A stretch of DNA of 64,000 nucleotides from Mobula hypostoma (lineage: Eukaryota), in assembly GCF_963921235.1 (NCBI RefSeq), contig NC_086118.1, forward strand, positions 13,580,001 to 13,644,000, written 5' to 3'. Shown piece by piece: positions 1-12,231 of the stretch (position 1 is the first letter of the stretch; the number at the start of each line of letters is the position of its first letter). The notes beneath the pieces are model-generated. The model made no database searches, was not told the DNA's origin, and saw only the letters and a program-made list of their open reading frames with translations. A program made the translations under genes and the position numbers.

Positions 1-307
1 TCGGACCCTCCCCCTCACCGGGACCCCTCAGCCCCTGTGAGCCCTCTGGCTCAGGTTCTGGTTCCACCCTCTGCTCCCCCAATCCCGGCTGTAATACAGG
101 CGGCTCTGCAACACCCTCCCTCGGTTCCCCTAACTCAGTGATGGAAGCGCCAGGAGTCTCTTCTCCCGGCACTGGGGTATCAGCGAACGGAAACAGGTAC
201 CACACATCTGAATCATCACCTTCCGATGACGTATCCCTTCTCGACTTGGGGACCGGCTCTTCCTTCGCCCCGCGCCCTCGCAGAGTCCTCGTACTAGGCG
301 TAAACTC

Positions 308-3300
308 CTATTTAGGCTCTGGGTCTACCTTCACCTCACGACCCAGAGGCAACAGGTGGTTCCGATGGAGTACCTTGACAGACCCCTTCTCGTCCTCGGG
401 TCTCACCCGGTAAGCAGGGAGATTCTGCATTTGACTCTCTACCACATAGGGGGTGACCGCCCAGTGATCCGCTAACTTGTGCTTACCAGGTAGTCCTAAA
501 TTCCGGATAAGGACTCGGACTCCCGGCAATAGCTGGACATACTTTACTTTCTGATCATACCTCTTCTTATTCCGCTGATTCTGCTTGGTGGCTGCTGCCT
601 CAGCCAACTCGTACGCCCTTTTCAACTCTCTCCTAATATCAGACACGTACTTCAGATATGGCTTTGAAGGTATTTCACCCGCTTCAGTCCCAAAACACAG
701 ATCAATGGGCAACCTCACTTCCCGTCCGAACATCAGATAATAGGGCTAGTACCCCGTAGCGTCATTGCGAGTACTATTGTAACAGTGAACCAAATGCCCA
801 ATGTGCTGACTCCACTTACTCTTCTGACCGATCTCCAGAGTGCCGAGCATGTCCAGCAGGGTCCGGTTAAACCTCTCTGGCTGAGGATCACCCTGCGGGT
901 GACAGGCTGTGGTCCTGGATTTCTCGACCCCAAGCATACCCAGTAATTCATGGATAAGCCTGCTCTCGAAGTCCCGTCCCTGATCACTATGGATCCACCT
1001 GGGGAGGCCATAATGAACAAAGTCCTTCTCCCATAACACCTTCGCCACTGTAGTCGCTTTCTGGTCCTTAGTAGGAAAAGCCTGCGCATATCTAGTGTAG
1101 TGATCTGTGATGACCAAGACATTGGCGGTGTTGCTGGTGTCAGGCTCAATAGACAGGAAATCCATACACACCAGGTCCATGGGTCCTGCTCTCTGCAAAT
1201 GGGACAGAGGAGCCGCCTGCGCAGGCAAGGTCTTCCAGTATTCTTCCACCTCCCCCCTCATCCGGGGCCAGTAAAACCGGTCCTTGAGTAATCCATAGGT
1301 CTTCTCTACCCCTAAGTGCCCAGAATCATCATGTAGTGCCTGGAGCACAGTCTTCCGATACTTCTCAGGCATAACCAGCTGCCAGGGCTGGGGGTGGTCC
1401 GGGGGCAACGTGACCCGGTACAGGACATGGTTCTTCAGCTTCAACCGAGGCCACTCCTTCAGTAGTAGGGGAACGGAGGCATGCTTCGCCTTCTCCGCCT
1501 GCCCCATATCACCCTGTCTAACCGCGAACCAGATAGTGCCAATGCTCGGGTCATCACGCTGAGCTGCCCCCACTTCCTGGGGGCTCAACTCCGGCAGCTG
1601 CCTGATCCTCAGAGCAGTCAAATTACAGTAAACAGTGGGTAGCGCATCATCATCAACCCCCAATTGACCCACTGCCCGATCCGGCCCCATTGGGGCTCCT
1701 ACTTCACCGTCATTCCCAACTTGACACATGGCCTTCACTCCCGGGCAGGGACACTCTTCCACTCCTCAGCCGTGCCCAATTCGTCGTGCGCCTGACGAGA
1801 TAGAGCATCTGCATTGATGTTCCGACTCCCCAGTCGGTACTTCAGGCTGAACTCATAGGCAGACAAGGCCGCTAACCACCGGTGCCCAGTAGCGTCCAGT
1901 TTTGCCGAGGTCAGAATATACGTGAGAGGATTGTTGTCAGTTCTCACCTCAAACTTGGCCCCGTATAGATAGTCACTCAACTTGTCCACCACCACCCATT
2001 TCAACGCCAAGAACTCCAACTTGTGAGTGGGATAGTTTCTCTCAGATGGTGACAAGCTTCGGCTGACAAACGCCACAGGCCTCAATCCGTTGCCCTGTTC
2101 CTGGTACAGGACAGCCCCCAGACCCTCGCGACTGGCATCAGTGTGTAGAACATACGGCTTCCGGGGATCAGCAAAAGCCAACACCGGGGCCTGTGTCAGC
2201 GTCCTTTTTAGAGATTGGAATACCTCCTTACATTGAACATCCTGTCTCGATCCAAAAGGCTCCCCCGGGTTCAAGTATCCTCCTACCTCCGGCCCTCGGT
2301 CTCCCTTCCTTTTCTTCCCGACAGGTGGATAACCACACAACAGCTGGTTCAATGGGTGACTCATTTTCACATATCCTTTCACGAATCGCCGGTAATACCC
2401 ACAGAACCCCAAAAACGAGCGTAAGGCACTAACCTTCTGGCGTCTCAGCCAGGTGGTCACTGCGTCTATCTTAGCTGGATCAGTGGCCACTCCATTTCGC
2501 GAGATTATGTGTCCGACATAGCTGACCGACATCTTACAGAACCGACATTTATCCAGGGAAAGTTTTAACCTCCTTCAGCCGACTCAGCACCTTCAACAGC
2601 CGCTCCTCATGTTCCTCCAATGTAGATCCAAACATTATCAGGTCGTCCAGGTACACCAACACCTCCAGCAGGTTCATATCCCCCACCGTCCTCTCCATGA
2701 GCCCCTGGAAGGTAGCTGGGGCCCCCAATATGCCTTGGAGTATTCGTTCAAACTGGAAAAGTCCCGGGGGCAGATAAAGGCAGTCTTCTCTTTATCGGTC
2801 TCACTCATCGGAATCTGGTAATACCCACTCCGCAAATCTAATACACTAAACCACTGCGCCCCACTTAAACAGGCCAATGCGTCTTCCACCCTCGGGACCA
2901 TATATTGGTCGGGAACAGTGCGGCGGTTCAGGGTCCTATAGTCCACGCACATGCGTACCTTCCCATTTTTCTTCCTTGCCACCACTATGGGGGACGCATA
3001 GGGGCTTCGGGACTCCGCGATAATCCCTGCGTCTTTCAACTGCCGCAAGTGCTGCCGCACATCTTCCACATCTGCTGGGGCCAACCGCCGCGACCTCTCT
3101 CTAAACGGGGTGTCATTTGTCACCCGGATAGTGTCCCGAGTGCTCTTGGAATATCCCACATCAAACTCGTCCTGAGAAAAGACGTCCCGTAACTTCAGCA
3201 TCTTCTCCACCAGCCTGCTCTTATAGGCCGGTGGTACCGGGGAGTTTTCAAAATTAAAGGCCTCCTCAGTCAGCCCCCAGTTCTCCAATAGTTTTTCTCC

Positions 3301-4196
3301 AGTGGGCCTCAAGGGGGCGCTGGACATCACCGTCACCGGGAACAAGTGCGCGAGGGGCATCCCGCGCTTAAAGGTGATCTCCTGCTCTGTTATGTTCCTT
3401 ACCATCACCCCCATCTGCCGTGCCTGTACAGCTGAGGGCCTCTGCAATTCAGGTCTCACCAGCGCCCCAGCCGGGAACCAGGACTCCCTTTCCAGGTCGT
3501 CGGGGCCGTCTACTAGCAGGGCCTCGCCCGGCGGTAATCCGGGGAATCTGAGGGTCCCCATCACTAATGCCGCCTCCCCTGGCCGTATCACCATAGGCCT
3601 CGCCTGAGTGCACCACACCGTCACTCGTTTGCACTCAGGATCCAGCCCCTGGGGGTCACCCACTCCTTCATACACTGCTTGAAACACTGGGTGTACCGAG
3701 GGGGCCTCCAGAAAGTTCTCCCCCGCCTTCTTCTTACAGGCTCCCAAAAGCCGTCGCACCAGAGGGGAGTTAGTCCCCACTAGCAGGGCAACGCCACCGG
3801 TTTCCACCGGGTCCAGACAGACCAACACCAGTGTCTCAAAGGCTTCCGACACTCCTACATCACCCTCCGAAAATTCCGATCTCACTGACAAGTACCCATC
3901 GTGAGGGTAATCACCGTCACTTATGCCCCAAATCTCCAGTGCATTAAACGGGGTTACTGGCAAAGCTTCAGATATTTGTTGTAGAACGACCGGTACAGTA
4001 AGGTAGCCTGCGATCCTGTGTCAAGGATGGCTCTCGCAAAGATTCCCTCTATCCGTAGGGACACGCTGGAACGGGGTCCCACCAGTCCATCCAGAATTTG
4101 GGCTTGAACTTTCTGGGGTTCCATAGTTGTTTTCTGGGAACGTGTTCCTCCTGAGACTCCAGTCCGTTCCCTCACTGAGCCTCTCCTAAGTTTCCC
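308..4196 (-). pseudogene. pol: Gypsy pol (protease, RT, RNase H, integrase), broken into at least 5 ORF pieces
   Basis: ORFs 3954-4175 (DTG protease), 2674-3963 (RT N-term), 1735-2532 (RT C-term/RH), 746-1762 (IN zinc finger and core), 308-733 (IN C-term). Confidence 0.93.
4136..4196 (-). other. -1 programmed ribosomal frameshift signal (G GGA AAC plus H-type pseudoknot)
   Basis: Slippery site 4190-4196; 6-nt spacer; stem 1 GAGGCUCAG / CUGGAGUCUC; loop GGGAACG pairs with downstream CGUUCCC; the -1 frame is the protease ORF. Confidence 0.8.
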
Positions 4197-5549
4197 GACA
4201 CCTCTCCCTTCTTAGTGGCCCAGGGCCCTCCCCACTCGGAGAATCTCGTCTCTCACAATCCCTCCGCAAGTGACCCGCTTCCCCACAGCTGTAGCACACC
4301 CCTGGCCACTCGCATTCCCGCTGGAAATGCCTCTCTCTCCCACAGTTATAGCACCCGCTACCCGCTACCCGCTACCCGCCATCTCTCTTCTCCCGGTACG
4401 CCCCCCGAAGGGGGTACTCCCCCGTCCCTCCACTCAAGTGGGGGGTCCCTACCCCCCCCCCGGGACCCCTTGGATTTCTCTGATCTCAACCCAGCTACCA
4501 CCTCCTGAAACGCTGAAGACCGTCCCCAGGGTCTGAGCCCCTGTTCGGCTCGAAGCACTCTCCTCCTCCCGCACCTCTGTAATCAGCTGCCCAAATGATG
4601 GAGGGGGGCTCCTTTTATATGACTGCTGGATACTCCAAGCCACCCTGTCATCCTCCCGGGAACCTCTACATATCTGGCTCATCCTCAACCTCACCACTTC
4701 ATCTGCCTTCACTACCCATCAGTGCCACAGCCCCGTAAGCTTCCCTTCCAGCCAGAAAATGTATTCTGAGAGCTTTTCCCCTCTTCCCTGCCCCATTTGT
4801 TGAAACTCCACTAAATATTGCCAGGGATCTCCTGACAGTCCAAACACTTCCTCCAAAGCGTCCAAACACTCTGACAGGGAGGCCGAAGGGTGTTCTGCTC
4901 TCAACTCGCGGACTACACTGGCTACCCCCCCCCCACTAAACTTTCCACCAATCACTATCTCTTTTACTCATCCGAAACTCACCATGCCTCTAACAACTGG
5001 GACGTATTCTCAATCCATGCCTCATAGTCATCCTCCCCTTCCGGGGTGGGCCTGGCTTCTGAGAAAATTCTCAGCTTTGGGCAGGGCCCCTCAACCCTTC
5101 TCACCAGGGAGGTAATGGCAGCCGCTAACTCGGAGGTCTCACCCCTAACTGGGGGGCGGGGCCTGGCCAAGCCTTCCCACTCTACGCCTCCACCCCTGGC
5201 TACTGGCACCTCTCCTGGGGCCTCATCTAGCTCCTCCTCCGGCACCTCCTCACTTTCGTCCTCCGGGAGAGTGTGGAGACCCCACGGTCCCGCCTCCCCC
5301 GGATGTGGACTGTCGCTGGTAGTTCCAACGTCATGACATCGGCACTCGTCCACACCAACATCCAGCTGGACTCCAGTTCTTTCCCACACCTTCTAGCTAC
5401 AAGTTCTACCTGCCCGATACCTTTAATCAGACTCAACCCTTGCACCAGTACATCTGCCGGAATGTGGAAATCGACCCCACTCAGCACGCACGCATGATTC
5501 ACCGGTACATCCTCTAACTCACACCAACTACAATCTTATCTCGATCCAT
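4172..5549 (-). pseudogene. gag: PNMA/Ma-like gag with two CCHC zinc knuckles, frameshifted
   Basis: ATG at 5549 (MDRDKIV...); NHACVLSGVD; KLRIFSEARPTPEGEDDYEAW; QGRGEKLSEYIFWLE; CYNCGRERHFQREC and CYSCGEAGHLRRDC at about 4255-4352. Confidence 0.88.
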
Positions 5550-5595
5550 CTTCGCACTACTTAACGCGACAACTATTACAGTTCTACTGAAAATC

Positions 5596-5620
5596 CAAAT
5601 CCGGGACGGTAGCCCGCACT
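5596..5620 (-). promoter_or_regulatory. Primer binding site, degenerate tRNA-Pro-like
   Basis: TGCGGGCTACCGTCCCGGATTTG just after the LTR end GTCACA; resembles TGGGGGCTCGTCCGGGATTTG. Confidence 0.55.
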
Positions 5621-6211
5621 TGTGACGCTCAGTTATATTGGCTCGTTTATGTCTAGGGGAAATCCCACCCAGCACCTGCCATAACGTTTCCCACGGAGTC
5701 GGTGGCCGCCTGAATCAATCCCAAACATCAATCATCAGCCAGCACACCCAGTACGTTTTACCAAACACACTATATAGATTATGACATTCGATACAGAAAA
5801 GGAAGTAATGAAAAAAAAGAGGCGCCAAAACTTATCAAAGTCCAAGTTCTTCGTGCGCAACCATTGGAGCTCAATCAGTTCCTGACGACCACCTGGATCC
5901 TGTCGACTCACGGCTCGGGACCACCCGAAGTGATTGACCGGAGCCTTTCCGCACATCCGCCGTCCTCCCCGTCTCTCCTCCGACTCCCCCCAAAAAACCC
6001 GTCCCCAGTCATATGAAACAGCATTATCACCCGAAAAAAGACAATACTTGAACACTCATTGGCTAATAGCACCCTGCTATCTGTATTAACCCAAGCAAAT
6101 GTCTAGCTGGAGACTTTCTCAGCATTTAACATAACAAAGAAGCATTCCCAAGTATAACATGACAAAGAAGCCATTTTAAATTTAACATACAAAAAAGAAA
6201 GACCCCGTATA
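5621..6211 (-). repeat. 5' LTR of the Gypsy element
   Basis: Ends ...GTCACA next to the PBS; outer end approx TATACGGGG; shares a motif with the LTRs at 7371 and 10352. Confidence 0.75.
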
Positions 6212-6614
6212 AATACAACAACGATGTTAAATGGAACATATAGTCTGTAGCAGGAGGCTGAAGACTCTACATGCAAATTCTCTTCTGTACAGTCCTCCCA
6301 GTTACTGGCAGGGTACCGTATCTGTTAACAGATCATAACATCAATAGCTTACAAATGGGAACTGTGGCTGCAAACTGAGTTCTCTCATAGTAGAAGATAT
6401 TGACAGCCCCACAGCAGTCAGAGAATCCATCTCCCAGTCATGGATTTGTACATACAGGGTATACTTTGTTTGTGACCCAGGGAGGATTTGTATGTGTTTC
6501 CTTTAATGTCCTTGAGAAGATATTACTATTCAATATGACAACCTCACATCACTCAGTGCATCTTATTAGTGAGAAGTAAATATTTATACAGAAAATTAAG
6601 AGTCAATTTCACAA

Positions 6615-6800
6615 ATTTGCCACAATAACATCGTTACACTTAATATCAGCAAGACCAAAGAAATGATTGGGGACCTCAGGAGGGAGAAATTGGGAGAGCA
6701 TGCATCAGTACTCATTGAGTGGTCAGCAGTGGAAAAGGTGAACAGCTTCAAGTTTTTGGGTATCAATATTTCACAATGTCCATGGAGCAGCAGCACAATG
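6615..6800 (+). mobile_element. Rex1/Babar-like LINE RT fragment
   Basis: Translates to LNISKTKEMIGDLRR...SAVEKVNSFKFLGINIS. Confidence 0.7.
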
Positions 6801-7073
6801 GAGTAGATTATTGCTAAGCATGCACCTTTGCTGAGGTTGCTGTGCCATTCGCACCCACACTGTTAGCTTTGCAGATACTCAGAATCAGCTTTAATATCAT
6901 CAGCATATGTCAGGAAATCTGTTGTTTTGTGGTTGCAGTATATTTCAATACTTACTAATAAAAACCATAGTTTACAATAAGAAGTTATGTATGTATATAA
7001 TGGAATGTAGTGCAAAAAGAGAGGGAGGAAAAAAACTGAGAAAGTGTTCATGGGTTCATTGTCCATACAGAAA

Positions 7074-7290
7074 TTAGATTAGATTATGAGGACACTCAGT
7101 CCTCGTTTATTGTCATTTAGAAATGCATGCACTAAAAAATGATACAATGTTCCTCCAGAGAGATATCACAGAAACAGAAGACAAACCATGACTAAAACTG
7201 ACAAAACCACATAATTATAACATATAGTTACAACAGTGCAAAGCAATACTGTAATTTGATAAAGAGCAGTCCATGGGCACGGTAAAAATA
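7074..7290 (-). mobile_element. LINE 3' UTR fragment with (ATTAG)n tail and terminal stem-loop; second copy at about 62550-62670
   Basis: attagattagattatGAGGACactcaGTCCTCg; near-identical sequence recurs at 62553. Confidence 0.6.
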
Positions 7291-7370
7291 AATCTGATGG
7301 TGGATGGGAAGAAACTATTCCGGAAATGTTGAATGTGCATCTTCAGGCTCCTGTATTACTTCCTTGATCG

Positions 7371-7973
7371 TGTAACACCTTGGTTCATTTTTTTTTACTG
7401 TTCTGCTGTCCTGTATTTGATTTTTGTACTCTTCTCTGCAAGCTGCTTGTTTGGGTTACTGTTGAAGATAAGAGGTAGGAGAATTGTGTGCCATCCAATT
7501 AGGATGGCCGGATTAAGGGGAGGTTTCTCTGGTGAGGAACACTAAGGTTGAGCTTGGGGCTTTTGTTAAGGAGAAGTAGAGAGAAGATGTCAGAAAGAAG
7601 AGGTCATCGGATTCAACCTGGAATGGGGCCGTGATTCAACAAAGTCCGGGGTGAGATCAAAGAAGGATAGGCGAAGGGGAAGCTGTGAGCTCCAATTTGT
7701 GCACATTAGACTGTTATATTAAAATGAGCCCTTTTCTTTCTTTGCTCTTTCTTTACTAACCTTTTAGTCAAATTAAGAATTATAAAGCTAAATCTTTTAA
7801 TTGTATGGGATGTACTCTCTGTTATTTCGTGGTACTTATTTGTGACAGCGTAACCAATCACGCAGCATCCGAACAAACAGGGGGTTTAGGGGTGGGCTCG
7901 CACCTCAATCTCACACGTTTGGCAGAGATTGTCTTCCCTAGACTTATGCAGCCGATAGAACCAAAGTGTTTCA
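7371..7973 (+). mobile_element. Solo LTR (Gypsy-type)
   Basis: TGTAAC...TTTCA termini; ATCG/ATGG 4-bp TSD with 1 mismatch; interrupts a Rex fragment. Confidence 0.75.
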
Positions 7974-9063
7974 ATGGGAACAATGAGAAGAGAGGATGGT
8001 GTGTGTGATGATGATTGATGCCTCCTTTCTGAGGCATCACCTTTTGAAATTGTCCCAGATGCTGGAGAGGCTAGTGCCAATGATAGAACTAGCTGAGTTT
8101 ACAACTTTCTGCAGCTTTTTCTAGTCCTGTGCAGTGGTCTCTCCATACCAGATGGTGTTGTAACCAGTTAGAATGCTCTTCACAGTACATCTGCAGACAC
8201 TTCGGAGTATCTTTGGTGAGATACCAATTCTCCTCAAACTCCTAATGAAGTTTAGCCATTTGCCATGCCTTCTTTGTAATTGCACAGATGTGGGCAGCAC
8301 AATTCTGCTGTAAGAATTGCTTCCAGTCAAGATGGTGCCTGCATACAATGTTCCTTTGGTCAACATCTTCTGGATAGATTAGGAAAACATTTTTTTTCCA
8401 CTTCTTTTTTATTCCTCATGTATATGGAGGATGTGAGTAATAAAGTCGATTCAATTCAATTTTATGCCTTTTATGTTTGTTTCTCATCCTGAGTGTGATT
8501 CTTGAACTGTTCGGAGACTGTGATTCGCTGTTCAGAGATCGTTTCAGTGCTTCTGCACTCTCCAAGAGGATTCTGGGAGGCAGAGGCAGTGTGAGTGAAG
8601 GCTGCGAGATGGTGTACGAGCCAATGTTCGACACCATTTTCCTGAGTAAAGTGACGAGGGTGTTTGAAACATCAAGGCAAGTGTGGAAGTTTGTAAATCA
8701 TTTGGGTGTCCCAGTGCTCTGCAGTCTCCAAGAGGATTCTGGTGGGCAGAGGCAGCATGTGCAAACCTTGTAGTGGACAGACTGCAGGATGGGGAGCAAG
8801 CCGATATGTTTGGCTCCATTTCACCAATTTTAGCTTCCATTGTTTGCTGAAGCCTTACTTGAAGTATGTGTCTGATATTAGGAAAGAGCTGAAAAGGGCT
8901 TACGAGTTGGCTGGGGAGGCAGCCGCCAAACAGAATTGGGGAACTAAGAGGAGGTATGACCAGAAAGTGAAGTTCTCCCAACTTCTGTCGGGAGATTGAG
9001 TCCTCATAATGAAGTGGGGGTTATCCGGAAAGCACAAGTTGGCTGATCGCTGGGCGGCCACAC

Positions 9064-9632
9064 TGTTGTGGCATGGATGAAATCACCGGACAGTCAGAGT
9101 TTCTGGTAGATACAAAGCAGCTTCTTTATTCAACAAAACAAGGTACAGCAGGCATCATACGGACGGAGATGCTTTTGGTAGAAAGGTCTGCTAGCCCAAT
9201 GTGGACTCGATATTTATTTGCTAAACACAAAGGGCAATCCCTATTTACAAAGTATGGACAATGCATAGACAATGCTGTCTCTTGAAGCTACACACAAAAC
9301 ATCACTCCTTCTGACTTCATCCTTTCCTCCTGATGCCGATATGTCTGGGTTGGGACTCACAGCCTTTAGGAATGCAAATTAAATCCACATTACATTTATT
9401 TGGTGTTTTACGTGCTAACATAGAGAAAAATTCATATTTATAAAGTATAGATAATACTGTCTTTGAAACAACAGCATTTGGTCAAACAACGGTGTCTGCA
9501 GCATCTGGTATTCACAGCTTTTAGGAAATGCATTGTTGTGAACTCAATCCACAGTACTTTGTCAAACAGAAGACTGGTGGCCAGAGTCATTTAAGTGCAA
9601 ATGAATCAGCTACCCAAAAACTCACTCTAACA
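9064..9632 (-). mobile_element. Solo LTR nested in the Gypsy integrase
   Basis: TGTT...AACA termini; perfect CACAC 5-bp TSD (9059-9063 / 9633-9637); removing it restores WAATPYVVE; minus-strand AATAAA near 9126. Confidence 0.85.
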
Positions 9633-10424
9633 CACACCTTATGTGGTAGAGTGTCAGATGCAAACCTACAGGATTTCCGGGTGCGGCCTGAGGATGGAAA
9701 GGCGCCTGTCAAGTTTCTCCATCGGAATCACCTGTTGTCCCTGTGGCAAGATGTGCAGGTAGAGCGGGAGCCCGATGTGGCAGCTGCACCTAGTACCAGA
9801 ACTCTGCATACCCGCGGGGTGACGGAAGAGCCCACCCAGAAGAGATGGGCCCGGGCCCAGCCCCTGTGAGGAATGCTGATTCGGATGATTGGTACCTGTT
9901 GTCATTCATTGATGCCCCCGTGATAGAGGAAGAGACTCCTGACCCTCCTCCACATTGGGTTTGACAGGGTAAGGGAGCTGGTGATGGGCAGTCGGTGGTA
10001 CCACAGGGCGCTGAAGGAGAGGAAGTGGGGCCTGAACAAGAGGCAGAGAGTTCCGGGGTGCAGAGGGGTTTGAGTGACTGCTCGCGGGAGGGTTCACCAC
10101 ATAGCTCCAAAGGGTCCCCTCGTAGTGCCCGAGGTGGAAGAGTCAGATGTGGGGATACGCAGGTCTCAGAGAAGTAGGCACCCCCCAGATAGATTGGCCT
10201 ATGTAGCACCTGGGGAACAGGGAATGATCTCCACTGTCTTGGGGAGCTATGTTACTGCTTTCTGCACTTGGATTGGGCTCTGTGTTTTGCAGGAAGGGTT
10301 GGCGAATTATTTGAACGTCATGACGACATGACTAGATTCTGTGGGGGTGACTGTAATAGTTTCTCTCTCATGTTAACTACTAAGGTTATTAAGATGGCTT
10401 CTCTGTAAGTGTTATAATATAATA

Positions 10425-10855
10425 GCTTCTCCGGCTGACCAGAAGTGCACTGAGAGCAGTAAGCGTAAAGGAGTTGGGTGCTTACTCTTCTGGCTAACAA
10501 CGGATGGTGCAATCCGGGGTATATTACGATCGAGGAACGTGTTTGCAGACAGGATATTGAACTTTATACTGTTGGACTTTGGCCACATTCCACCGTGATA
10601 CAACACTTGGCGGCACGGGAGGTTGTTCCTGCCTGTGGCCATCGAACGTGCAGCTCGTCCCGTGGAGGGTCAGACACCATGAGCCAATAGACTGGTCCTG
10701 GACTTATTTTCCATCTGGCATAGTTTGCATTTTGGTGTTCGATTGTTGGGGTTTTTTTTTGTATTGCTATATTTACGCTCTATTCTTGGTTGGTGCGGCT
10801 GTAACGAAACCAAATTTCCCTCGGGATTAATAAAGTATATCTATCTATCTATCTA
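10425..10855 (+). mobile_element. Internally deleted Rex1-like LINE (endonuclease piece fused to 3' end) inside an LTR
   Basis: NNGWCNPGYITIEERVCRQDIEL joined to a 3' UTR also seen at 56700-56820; AATAAA plus (TCTA)n tail. Confidence 0.7.
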
Positions 10856-11371
10856 ATGCTAACTGCTGATGTAATGCTTCTCTGTAGCTGCAACGTTTGG
10901 GTTACGAATTCAGATAACGGGGAACTAACCAATGGAAGTCATGTTATTCTATCTGTATCTGTGGGAACTGGAATTGGTGCGCCGGCTTTTCGGGAGGAGC
11001 AGTGAAGGGAAAGGATACACTTGGAGCGCTCTGGTCGACTACTGGGTTTGGTCTCAGCTGAGGGTCGTCAGAGTCGGAGGCGATCAAGTGGTGGACAGAG
11101 GATCTTGTTCTGTGAGAGCTCCAACGATTGTGCACATGACTTTTAAAATAACAAAGGCACCTTTTCTTTTATATTTGGTTTCACTACTAACCCCAAATTC
11201 ACAGTAAGGGAAATAAAGTGTAATCATTCCATCGTTTATTGTATACTGGTTGATTTTTTGCATTGTGTGTTTGCACTAGGGTACATGACACAGCATCTAT
11301 ACAAAAGTGAGTCACAGTTTGGCGGGCAGTTTCCCCTAGACGAACGGAAGTTGATCAAGCCAAGTGTTACA

Positions 11372-11843
11372 AAAGCAACGAGGGAGATTGAAGCATTGAA
11401 GTAAGTACAGAGAGTGAGAGCCAATTGCTTGCCTTTTGATCGATTGCTCTGTACCAAAGAGGAGAAAGCCTGCTCCTGCACCCAGAGAGTGTTGCGCAGG
11501 TTTTTTCCTGCACTTTGGATGTGGACTTGGGCTATAGACTCTTTTTTTTCATTCGTATAGTTATTACATTGTGTTTTTTTGCCCGATCTTCTTGTTTTTT
11601 TTATGCGGGGAGAGGGATTGGGAGTTGATGTGCCTGATCTGTTTTGTTTGTTTTTTTGTGTGGGAGGAGGGACATTGGGGTCAATGTGTCTGATCCATTT
11701 TGTTCTTTTTTTGTGGGGTGATGGGATTTGGGGGTTGATGATCGTGCTGCCTTACCTTTCTTTCTCGGTTTCACGGTTAACCAGAGAATTGAAGCATTTC
11801 AGAGATGTGTACCTTGATAATAAATAAACCTTTGAAACCTTGT
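11372..11843 (+). mobile_element. Non-coding LINE-like 3' region, possibly continuous with 8327-8847
   Basis: T/G-rich UTR ending AATAAATAAACCTTTGAAACCTTG; 8327 begins with a CAAGATGG YY1-like motif. Confidence 0.4.
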
Positions 11844-12231
11844 GATTGCTGTGATTCTGCCAGCATGAATTACATTCTATGGAAATAACTCTGTTGAATA
11901 GTTCAATATATTTCCTATAATGTTTTCCCATCATCAGGCTCTGATGAACACATATTGGATTAGAATCAAGTTGTCTATAATCTGCTGCTAGAATCATACC
12001 TTGCTGCAGATTTAATTTTTCTCTTTATATTGAGGTAGAGTTTTTAACTGCTGCAATTTATGTAGCTTCTATTGAAAATGCTATGACCAGATATGGGTAC
12101 CAACTTTATGCTGGACCGAATAATCTAACTGTAATGCAGGGATGCTACAATTTACAAAGGTTTCTCACATTTCTTGAGAAATTACATGTGCTTTCATTTT
12201 AAAAGCACTGAGCCTTCAACAGAATAGCATT

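Larger units (their letters stand above)
1..6211 (-). mobile_element. Gypsy/Ty3 LTR retrotransposon with PNMA-like gag; 5' LTR, gag and pol present, 3' end runs off the window; multiple frameshifts
   Basis: Minus-strand order LTR-PBS-gag-PR-RT-RH-IN; motifs ILDTGSQ, RMCVDYRTLN, LHTDASREGLGAVL, HDDSGHLG, DLVCMDFL, HSDQGRDFES. Confidence 0.95.
6960..8300 (-). mobile_element. Rex1/Babar-like LINE 3' fragment, interrupted by a LINE tail and a solo LTR
   Basis: ORF 8121-8366 WLNFIRSLRRIGISPKILRSVCRCTVKSILTGYNTIWYG resembles the Rex1 RT C-terminus; the sequence continues across the LTR at 7371-7973. Confidence 0.65.
8848..11371 (+). mobile_element. 5'-truncated Gypsy element related to the 1-6211 family: integrase C-terminus, PPT-like tract and 3' LTR (10352-11371)
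   Basis: KPYLKYVSDIRKELKRAYELA nearly identical to ORF 308-733; G-rich tract before TGTAAT at 10352; LTR ends GTTACA at 11371. Confidence 0.85.

Noticed and set aside
4172..5549. Domesticated PNMA-like host gene
   Set aside because: Frameshifted and embedded in a complete LTR-PBS-gag-pol context
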